In this document: in pieces, positions 17,265 through 24,047 of the stretch
How positions within the stretch are numbered: the stretch's first letter is position 1
Layout: each line of letters opens with the position of its first letter
DNA from: an uncultured Acidiferrobacteraceae bacterium
Lineage (GTDB): Bacteria; Pseudomonadota; Gammaproteobacteria; Acidiferrobacterales; CAZCAK01
Assembly: GCA_964496605.1 (NCBI GenBank)
Contig: CAZCAK010000001.1
Location: 1-24,047, forward strand
DNA length: 24,047 nucleotides
Direction of reading: 5' to 3'
Position numbers and translations under genes: made by a program
Notes under the pieces: model-generated
Seen by the model: only the letters and a program-made list of their open reading frames with translations
The model's database searches: none
What the model was told of the DNA's origin: nothing

Positions 17265-18623
17265 ATGGAGAGCATCAATCCTGCGACCGGTACACGCGTC
17301 GAACAATTTCAGCACTGGGACTGGCCGCAAATCGATGCGGTTCTGAACGAAGTGGCGACCGGCGCTGGTCAATGGTCCAGGCGCCCCTTTACCGAACGCG
17401 CCGACATTTTACGCACCGCCGCCGAGCTCTTGCGCGCCGCTCAAAACGATTACGCCCGGCTCATCACCGAAGAAATGGGTAAACCGATCCGCGAGGCGCG
17501 CGGCGAGATCGAAAAATGCGCCTGGGCGTGCGATTTCTACGCCGAACACGCGGCCACGTTCCTCGCCGACGAAGAAATTAAATCCGACGCCGGCCGCAGC
17601 CTCGTGGCGTATTTGCCACTCGGCACGGTACTGGCCGTAATGCCGTGGAATTTCCCGTTTTGGCAGGTATTTCGCTTTGCCGCACCGGCGCTCATGGCCG
17701 GCAACGCCGCGGTGCTAAAACACGCCGCCAATGTGCCACGCTGCGCGCTTGCGATCGAGCACATCTGGCACACCGCCGGCTTACCGAAAAACGTCTTTCG
17801 CACCTTATTAATAGAAAGCAGCCAAGTCGAGGGCGTAATTGCCGATGCCCGCATACACGCGGTGAGTCTCACCGGCAGCGAAGGCGCCGGACGCCAGGTC
17901 GCGGCCAACGCCGGCAAGGCGCTGAAGAAATCCGTGCTGGAGCTCGGCGGTTCCGACGCATTCATTGTCTTACCCGACGCCGATCTCGAGCTCGCGGCCA
18001 CGACTGGCGTTGCCGCGCGTTACCTCAATGCCGGCCAAAGCTGCATCGCCGCGAAGCGATTTATTTTAGTCGATGCGATTGCCGATGAATTCCTGGAGCG
18101 ATTCAAAACCAAGGCCGCGACCTTGAAACTCGGTGACCCAACGCGCGACGACATCGATATCGGTCCGTTGGCGCGTCCCGACCTGCGGGCGCTGCTCGAT
18201 GAACAAGTGCAGCAATCGATCGCCAAGGGCGCGGTACCGTTGCTCGGTTGCAAAATGCCCAGCGGCTCGGGCAATTTTTATCCGGTGTCGATTCTCGATC
18301 GGGTACGCCCCGGCATGCGCGCCTATGGCGAAGAATTATTCGGGCCGGTTGCGATCGTCATTCGCGCGCGCGATGAGGTCGACGCCATCCGCATCGCCAA
18401 CGATAATCGCTATGGTCTTGGCAGCAGTTTATGGACACGCGATGTCGCCAAGGGCGAACGTCTTGCACGCACGATCGAGGCCGGTGCGACGTTCGTGAAT
18501 GGCATGGTAAAAAGCGATCCGCGCTTACCGTTCGGCGGCATCAAGGCGTCGGGTTACGGCCGGGAACTGTCGCAACATGGCATCCGCGAATTCGTGAATA
18601 TCAAAACGATTTGGATTCGCTAA
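17265..18623 (+). CDS. NAD(P)-dependent succinate-semialdehyde dehydrogenase-like aldehyde dehydrogenase (Sad/GabD1 type)
   Basis: VMPWNFPFWQ, LKHA, TGSEGAG, LELGGSD, catalytic NAGQSCIA, EELFGP, PFGGIKASGYGREL. GAGG SD. Confidence 0.9.
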   Translation: MESINPATGTRVEQFQHWDWPQIDAVLNEVATGAGQWSRRPFTERADILRTAAELLRAAQNDYARLITEEMGKPIREARGEIEKCAWACDFYAEHAATFLADEEIKSDAGRSLVAYLPLGTVLAVMPWNFPFWQVFRFAAPALMAGNAAVLKHAANVPRCALAIEHIWHTAGLPKNVFRTLLIESSQVEGVIADARIHAVSLTGSEGAGRQVAANAGKALKKSVLELGGSDAFIVLPDADLELAATTGVAARYLNAGQSCIAAKRFILVDAIADEFLERFKTKAATLKLGDPTRDDIDIGPLARPDLRALLDEQVQQSIAKGAVPLLGCKMPSGSGNFYPVSILDRVRPGMRAYGEELFGPVAIVIRARDEVDAIRIANDNRYGLGSSLWTRDVAKGERLARTIEAGATFVNGMVKSDPRLPFGGIKASGYGRELSQHGIREFVNIKTIWIR

Positions 18624-18644
18624 TCCAACGAATAGCGACCACCC

Positions 18645-18675
18645 AAAAAAACGGCGCCGCGGGCGCCGTTTTTTT
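18645..18675. terminator. Bidirectional intrinsic terminator
   Basis: A7-CGGCGCC-GCG-GGCGCCG-T7 between two convergent genes. Confidence 0.9.
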
Positions 18676-18682
18676 ATGCCGC

Positions 18683-19291
18683 TTACATAAATTTAAAGAC
18701 CAAGCTTGCGCTCACCATATCGTCGCGGCCACGATCTTGCTCGAAGCGCTCCCATTCCGCACGGGCACCAAGATTACGCGAGAAATCGTAACTTAAACCG
18801 GCGCCGTAGGTCGCGTCGGTATTGGTATCGCTGCCGTATAGATTGGAGCTGCTCCGGGTGTAGTGCACGCCACCTTTGGCAAAGATGCCGATACCATAAG
18901 ATAAGGGCATCCGAATCACGCCGTCCGCATAAGTCGCCTTACGACTAATGTGATCGGCCCCCGCGGTTGCCTTACCAAGATCGGCATAGGCGGCCTCAAT
19001 ACCGAAGTTTTTATTGAAGTCGTAGCCGAGGAATCCCTTCACCGCCGTATCGCTATCTTTAACAACACTATTTCGCGCCGAGCCGACGCCGATACCAACA
19101 TAAGGTCCGGTTTGACCACCATGAATACCGGACATGCTTTGACCACCGCTACTACCTGCGCCGGCTGCGCGGGTACTGTTGTTGTAGGTAGAAGTGCCGT
19201 CGTAGTTGTCCGCCGCGTAGACCGAAGCCATCGATAACGCGAGCACACCACTGAAGATCGCTTTCACCACGCCAGTAGACGTTTTCATCAT
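18683..19291 (-). CDS. OmpA-like 8-stranded outer-membrane beta-barrel protein
   Basis: Signal peptide (..SVYA), GPYVGIGVG, KGFLGYDFNKNFGIEAAY, GIFAKGG, YGAGLSYDF, GARAEWERF. GAGGAG SD before ATGATG (19291/19288). Confidence 0.85.
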   Translation of the reverse strand: MMKTSTGVVKAIFSGVLALSMASVYAADNYDGTSTYNNSTRAAGAGSSGGQSMSGIHGGQTGPYVGIGVGSARNSVVKDSDTAVKGFLGYDFNKNFGIEAAYADLGKATAGADHISRKATYADGVIRMPLSYGIGIFAKGGVHYTRSSSNLYGSDTNTDATYGAGLSYDFSRNLGARAEWERFEQDRGRDDMVSASLVFKFM

Positions 19292-19457
19292 GCTCTCCTC
19301 TGAAAATAATTTGTTGGATGAACGGACTCTTCCATCGCCTAGTTGTTTTTTCTGCACGCATTGTCGCGCAGGGCGCACATCCGTAGCATCCAACCTTGGT
19401 ATGGCGAATGCACGGAACTCATCGCTCCATTCCGTGTAGGAACAAACTCGACGGTGA

Positions 19458-20642
19458 TTAGGCCGGCAAGACGCGTGCGAAATATGCCTTCAAATACGCC
19501 GTTTCGGGAATTGCCGCTTGTATCGGGTGATCCGGCGCCTGGCCGCCGGCTTCGACGATCTGCATTTGACGATCGAGATGTCGGCTGGCCTGCAGCAACT
19601 GCTGCAGTAAGATTTCGCGCGGCATATGGTAGGAACAAGACGACGCGATCAGGATGCCGTCTTTCGCCAGCACCTGCATCGCCATTTCATTGATGCGGCG
19701 ATACGCCTGCACCCCTTCGGTGACATCTTTTTTACGCTTAATGAACGCCGGTGGATCGACGATTGCGACATCGAAACGCGCGCGCTGCGCGCGCAGCTCG
19801 CGCAAGGCGTCAAAGGCATCGGCAACGATGGTGTCGACGCGCACCGCGTTCAGCGCCGCATTTTGCGCGATCCAGTCCGCGGCTTTGCTGGCACTATCGA
19901 TGCAAGTGACGGCGGCGGCGCCGGCGTGCGCCGCCTGCACGCCCCAGGCGCCGACATAGGCGAAGACATCGAGCACGATTTTGTCTTTCACATACGCCCG
20001 CATGCGCGTGCGATTGGCGTATTGATCGTAAAACCAGCCGGTCTTTTGTCCGGCCAATAGCGGCGCCTGAAAGCGCACACCGTTCTCAAGAACGTCGGCA
20101 TACTCCGGCACCTCGCCCTGCGCGACCTGGATCTCGCGTGGTAACCCCTCGAGCTCGCGACTGGCGCTGTCGTTGCGCCATAATACCGCGCGTGGCCGCA
20201 TCACCTTATTCAACGCCGCGAGAATCGCATCCTTGACGCGCTCCATACCGGCGGTGGTGACTTGCGCTACGTAGATATCACCGTAGCGATCGATGACAAG
20301 ACCCGGCAGTCCGTCGCTCTCGCCGAAGACCAAACGATAATAAGGCTCTGGGTATAAGCGCGAGCGCAAGGCCAGCGCGATATTAAGCCGATGCGTCAGC
20401 AGCGATTGGTCTAATACATACGCCGGATCGCGGCTCACCAGGCGTGCGCAAATTAACGAATGCGGATTGACGTAACCGGTGCCCAGCACATGGCCGTTGT
20501 GCGCCTCGACTTGCACCAAATCACCGGGCGCGAACGCCGTGAGCGGTGTGTGCGCAATATCGACCTCATTGCTGAACACCCATACATGGCCGGCGCGTAA
20601 CCGGCGTTCTTCGTTTTTCTTGAGGCGTAGCGGCGGCAACAT
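19458..20642 (-). CDS. rlmI: 23S rRNA m5C1962 methyltransferase RlmI family
   Basis: RRLRAGHVWVFSNE, ESDGLPGLVIDRY, GQKTGWFYDQ, LDVFAYVGAWG, DPPAF. Start moved to 20642. Confidence 0.88.
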   Translation of the reverse strand: MLPPLRLKKNEERRLRAGHVWVFSNEVDIAHTPLTAFAPGDLVQVEAHNGHVLGTGYVNPHSLICARLVSRDPAYVLDQSLLTHRLNIALALRSRLYPEPYYRLVFGESDGLPGLVIDRYGDIYVAQVTTAGMERVKDAILAALNKVMRPRAVLWRNDSASRELEGLPREIQVAQGEVPEYADVLENGVRFQAPLLAGQKTGWFYDQYANRTRMRAYVKDKIVLDVFAYVGAWGVQAAHAGAAAVTCIDSASKAADWIAQNAALNAVRVDTIVADAFDALRELRAQRARFDVAIVDPPAFIKRKKDVTEGVQAYRRINEMAMQVLAKDGILIASSCSYHMPREILLQQLLQASRHLDRQMQIVEAGGQAPDHPIQAAIPETAYLKAYFARVLPA

Positions 20643-20677
20643 GGCGCGCATTATAGCGACTTCACTGCACGTCCCAA
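20643..20677 (-). promoter_or_regulatory. Candidate sigma70 promoter of rlmI (possibly leaderless)
   Basis: Minus strand TTGGGA (20677-20672), 16 nt, TATAAT (20655-20650), 7 nt, ATG (20642); no SD. Confidence 0.5.
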
Positions 20678-20695
20678 CAAAATATCGTCGCTGCT

Positions 20696-21520
20696 TTAAA
20701 AACCTCGCGGCGAAACCGTGCGTCGCCGGCTCGCCGCACGCCAAACCGCGGCCACGATCGGCAAGAGTCCGAGCACGCTGACCACGCTAGCGCCGGTCGG
20801 AAGATCACCGACGTAGGATAACCACAGCGCGACTGCGCTCGCGGCCGCGGCAAATGCAGCTCCGAGCGCCAGACGCTGTGCGAATCGAGTCACGATCAGT
20901 GAGGCGCTGAACGCCGGAATGATGAGATACGCGAACACCAACAATACGCCGGCGAGATCGAGCGCCAGCGTAATCACAATGGCAAATGAAACAAAAAACA
21001 GCGCCTCCCAACGAAACCGTGCCGGCATGTCTTCCTCGAATGACAGCGCATAGAACTGCCGCCGAAACGCCAGATGCAATAACGCCAACACGCCGTATAT
21101 GGCAGCGAGCAAACCGACATCGCGCCACTGTGTCCATAATATATTGCCGTTGAGCATCGCCTTGAGCTCTTCCATGCCGGAGCTGGAACGCGATAACACC
21201 ATCACCGACGCCGCGGTTGCGACGACATACACCGTACCAATCGCAACCTCGCGCGTGACCTTGTCGGGCACGCGCCGCAAGGCGGCGAACGCCAGCGCTG
21301 CGAGAATCGCCGCACCGAAGGCATAGGCATGCGCCGCCAGGCTATGCGCATCGTGGCCCACTAAGAATGCGACGCTGCTGCCGAATAAGGCCACCTGCGC
21401 CAACGCGATGTCAACGAAAATGATGCCGCGCGCCAACACATGCAAGCCGAGGTAAGTATGCGTCAGGATCAATAACACGCTCACTGCAAACGCCGGCGCG
21501 AGAATTTCCCAAGCGCTCAT
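20696..21520 (-). CDS. Metal ABC-type permease (ZnuB/MntB-like)
   Basis: Multi-TM protein; HVLARGIIFVDIALAQ, LAGVLLVFAYLIIPA, DLPTGASVV. 4-nt ATGA overlap with the binding-protein stop. Confidence 0.85.
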   Translation of the reverse strand: MSAWEILAPAFAVSVLLILTHTYLGLHVLARGIIFVDIALAQVALFGSSVAFLVGHDAHSLAAHAYAFGAAILAALAFAALRRVPDKVTREVAIGTVYVVATAASVMVLSRSSSGMEELKAMLNGNILWTQWRDVGLLAAIYGVLALLHLAFRRQFYALSFEEDMPARFRWEALFFVSFAIVITLALDLAGVLLVFAYLIIPAFSASLIVTRFAQRLALGAAFAAAASAVALWLSYVGDLPTGASVVSVLGLLPIVAAVWRAASRRRTVSPRGF

Positions 21521-22437
21521 CGCTTCGGCTCCAGCACACCGCTGGCGCGAATCGCGTTGACGATCGCATCGAATAAGCCGAGGTAATCTTTAATTTCCGG
21601 CGTCGCGCCAACCGATGCCGGCAGCACCGCGAGCTTGATGCCGCTTTGCGCCGTGAGAAAATCCGCCGAACGCCGTTCGTAATAAGGCTCTTCGATCAAT
21701 AAAGGAATGCGTTCGCGCTGGATGCGTTCGATTAATGCGCGTAAGTGTTCCGCATTCGGCGGGATGCCCGGCTTCGGCTCAACTTGATCGACAATCTCGA
21801 AACCGAAGGCACGCGCGAGATACACGAACGAGGTGTGATACGAAATCACCTTCGTGCCTTTCAACGGTGCCAACGCCGCGCTCCATTGCGCGTAGTGTTG
21901 GTCGATCGCCTTGCTGAAACTGTCAGCGTTAGCCTTGAACTGGGCGGCATGCGCTGCATCGAGCTGCGATAGTCGCTGCGCCATCGCCTGCGCCATGCGG
22001 GCGCCGTTGCGCGGGTCGAGCCAATAGTGCGGATTGCCTTCGGCGTGCACATCGCCCTGTGCGCGCGATACCAGTCCGTTGGGCTTATCCAATAATTCCA
22101 CGCTGGTGGATAAATCGAGATAGCCCGACGCACCTGGTTGCACCTTGCCATTGCGCGCGTTTTGCAATAACGGCGGCAACCAGCCCTGCTCCAGCGCCGC
22201 GCCGACGACGAATAAGGCATCGGCGCTATAGACCTTGCGAATCATGCTCGGCTTCGCCTCGGCGTAGTGCGGATTGGCGGCACCGCCGGTCAAACTATCG
22301 ACCTTCACGGCATCGCCGCCGACGCTGCGCGCGATCGCAGCGAGATCCTCAGTCGCGGTGACGATGTTCAGTTTTGCCTGCGCCGCAAGCGGTAGCGCAA
22401 GCACAATCATGGCGGTGATGATGCGAACTAAAAACAT
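21517..22437 (-). CDS. Zn/Mn-type (cluster A-I) metal-binding periplasmic protein
   Basis: Signal peptide (..AAQA), NPH, GDVHAEGNPHYWLDP, YHTSF, VEPKPGIPP. Start moved to 22437 (AAGGAG SD). Confidence 0.88.
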   Translation of the reverse strand: MFLVRIITAMIVLALPLAAQAKLNIVTATEDLAAIARSVGGDAVKVDSLTGGAANPHYAEAKPSMIRKVYSADALFVVGAALEQGWLPPLLQNARNGKVQPGASGYLDLSTSVELLDKPNGLVSRAQGDVHAEGNPHYWLDPRNGARMAQAMAQRLSQLDAAHAAQFKANADSFSKAIDQHYAQWSAALAPLKGTKVISYHTSFVYLARAFGFEIVDQVEPKPGIPPNAEHLRALIERIQRERIPLLIEEPYYERRSADFLTAQSGIKLAVLPASVGATPEIKDYLGLFDAIVNAIRASGVLEPKR

Positions 22438-22448
22438 AACGCACTCCT

Positions 22449-23672
22449 TTAGAATTGATGCGCGGCATGCGCGCCGAGCGAGAACTCGTATTGCATCCAT
22501 ACCGCGTTCACGTTTTTGTCGGCGAGTTGCGGCGCGAAGTCGCGATTATATTGCACGCGCAATTTACTGAACTCGGTCGGATACCAAGTGAGATTCGGCG
22601 CTAGGCGCCAACGTCGATTGCGCAGCGCATCGCTCGCGTCGCCGTTATTCGCCGTGGCATATTCGCCGCGCAAGGCCGCGACCCAGCCGGGCTTGTAGCC
22701 CCACAATACCTGCGTGTAGGCGCCATTATCTTTCAGCGTTTCGGTCGGCGTTTCGTAATTGCGCCATAGCCATTCGGTTTGCCAGGCGGTGAACGGGAAG
22801 CCGCGTGTGTTCTGTGCCGCCTTGCGCTTCACATACCAATCGACACCGAAGATATTCGTATTCGTATCGGTACCGGTTCCATTCGGACCGTGCAATGCGG
22901 ACATGCCGATATTGGCGCTGGTTTCGTCCGAGACATCGATGCCATTGAGCCAGCGCGCCGACCATAAAAGATCGCCGAAGCCGCGCGCGCCTTGGCGATC
23001 GATCAGCGTATGACCCGCGACCGTCTCGCCCGGATTCCACAGAAAGCTCGTCAGCGTATCGCCGCCGGCGTTTTGTGCGCCGAGATACAACTCCGAATAC
23101 CAAGGCAAGGGCGTCAGCCACGACACGCGTGCGCCGGTGCTGCGCAATCCGTCGGCGCCGAAAAAGCGCGTCAACACGATCGGCTGATCGACGAAGGCCC
23201 AGACGTGCGGATGTTGCGGATTTTGCCGACCGAATTCGGTGAAGTACTGTCCAGTTTTCACTTGCAGGCCGGCGGGCAAGGCACGCGTCAGTAGATACGC
23301 CTCCTCCAACTCGACGGCGGTCGCGCCGGTATCGTCGATGAGCGTGACGATATTCGCTTGGGCGTCGAAATAAGGATCGACCGCGCCACCGGCAATCAGC
23401 TCTAAGTTTTGCACGGTGAAGCCGTTGCGACGCGGATCATGCCCGCCGCCTTCGACGGTGCGCAGATCCGGATCGTTCACACCGGCGCCGCCGAAACTAA
23501 ACGTACCGGTTAGTCCGAGATTGAACGGTTGGCCGCTATTGGTTTGGCCGCTACTCGCGTTAACACCTGGCGCCGTAGACGACGGCATGGCGGCGTTATC
23601 GCTCGGCGCCGCGTTCGCGTCCAGGCCGGCAGTGCTACCGGCCAGTAATAAACACAGTGCATAAACACGCAT
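22449..23672 (-). CDS. Putative outer-membrane beta-barrel with His motifs, associated with metal uptake (407 aa)
   Basis: Signal peptide, alternating aromatic strands, terminal Phe; GGHDP, ELEEAY, GRQNPQHPH and GAHAAHQF motifs. Start moved to 23672 (GAGGAG SD). Confidence 0.7.
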   Translation of the reverse strand: MRVYALCLLLAGSTAGLDANAAPSDNAAMPSSTAPGVNASSGQTNSGQPFNLGLTGTFSFGGAGVNDPDLRTVEGGGHDPRRNGFTVQNLELIAGGAVDPYFDAQANIVTLIDDTGATAVELEEAYLLTRALPAGLQVKTGQYFTEFGRQNPQHPHVWAFVDQPIVLTRFFGADGLRSTGARVSWLTPLPWYSELYLGAQNAGGDTLTSFLWNPGETVAGHTLIDRQGARGFGDLLWSARWLNGIDVSDETSANIGMSALHGPNGTGTDTNTNIFGVDWYVKRKAAQNTRGFPFTAWQTEWLWRNYETPTETLKDNGAYTQVLWGYKPGWVAALRGEYATANNGDASDALRNRRWRLAPNLTWYPTEFSKLRVQYNRDFAPQLADKNVNAVWMQYEFSLGAHAAHQF

Positions 23673-23693
23673 AGAGAACTCCTCAATGAGAAC

Positions 23694-23717
23694 ATGAAAT
23701 AACCGCCAGACCGGCGG
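23694..23717 (-). terminator. Terminator/attenuator-like hairpin between the uORF and the outer-membrane gene
   Basis: Minus strand CCGCCG-GTC-TGGCGG followed by TTATTTCAT. Confidence 0.5.
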
Positions 23718-23732
23718 CGGCACAATGCGAAT

Positions 23733-24008
23733 TTAAGCGGGTGTGGGTGGACCGCGACTGCGGACAGCGGAGAGCGTGCGATGATAAAAAGTATTGCTGG
23801 ATATAAAAGGCGTCGGCGCGATACCCGGCACGACCACGGCGAGACCGATGCTCGGCATTGCCGCGCCCAGGGGCGCACCGGCGACACACCATTCACAAGT
23901 GTCACCGGCGACATGCGCCGCGATATCCTCTTGATGCACCGCCAGCGCCAGCTGCGCGAACAGCAGCAAAGCGATAAGGACAAAAAGTGAATATCGACGC
24001 GTGGTCAC
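23733..24008 (-). CDS. DUF2946-like small membrane protein/uORF with H-x6-H-x5-CxxC and C-terminal RGPP
   Basis: N-terminal hydrophobic segment (YSLFVLIALLLFAQLALAV), HQEDIAAH, CEWC, hydrophobic/Pro linker, RSRGPPTPA-stop. GTG 24008 preferred over TTG 24035. Confidence 0.78.
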   Translation of the reverse strand: MTTRRYSLFVLIALLLFAQLALAVHQEDIAAHVAGDTCEWCVAGAPLGAAMPSIGLAVVVPGIAPTPFISSNTFYHRTLSAVRSRGPPTPA

Positions 24009-24023
24009 CGCGTTTTTATAACA
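24009..24023 (-). promoter_or_regulatory. Candidate extended -10 promoter for the uORF/metal-uptake operon
   Basis: Minus strand TG-T-TATAAA (24023-24015), 6 nt, GTG (24008); no SD. Confidence 0.4.
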
Positions 24024-24047
24024 GAAGGACCGCAAAATAGAAACGGC

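Noticed and set aside
18683-18700. OmpA-like barrel ending in FKFM rather than a terminal Phe
   Set aside because: Minor variation of the beta-signal; no evidence of a frameshift or altered function.
20643-20744. Apparent overlap of rlmI with the permease
   Set aside because: Artefact of the longest-ORF start; homology begins at MLPPLRL (20642).
1-24047. CRISPR arrays, tRNA/rRNA, IS elements, prophage genes, known riboswitches
   Set aside because: None recognised by eye; intergenic gaps are all short. An Infernal/Rfam scan was not possible.

Overview
A GC-rich, probably gammaproteobacterial chromosomal window (taxonomy inferred from gene content only). The housekeeping backbone is the 3' end of tsaD, plsY, folB, a pteridine reductase, a MidA/DUF185 methyltransferase, cca, an NDUFA9-like SDR, slt, an aldehyde dehydrogenase and rlmI. 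It is interrupted by accessory blocks: (1) a lipoprotein AHL-lactonase-like enzyme plus an orphan CbbQ/NorQ AAA+ ATPase and CbbO/NorD-type VWA partner, with no Rubisco or nor genes in the window and an apparent 37-residue helical repeat at the partner's N-terminus; (2) a very basic 78-aa protein, a periplasmic-binding lipoprotein coupled to a HAMP-GGDEF-EAL protein, a putative aminopeptidase and an RRM protein; (3) at the right end, a metal-uptake operon (His-motif outer-membrane barrel, ZnuA-like binding protein, ZnuB-like permease, no ATPase in the operon). Block 3 is headed by a DUF2946-like uORF with H/CxxC ligands and a C-terminal RGPP motif, followed by a terminator-like hairpin and an SD-occluding hairpin. 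That candidate metal-sensing ribosome-stalling attenuator and the orphan CbbQ/O pair are the best leads. No rRNA, tRNA, CRISPR array, transposase or integrase was seen. All family calls come from motif recognition, not database searches.
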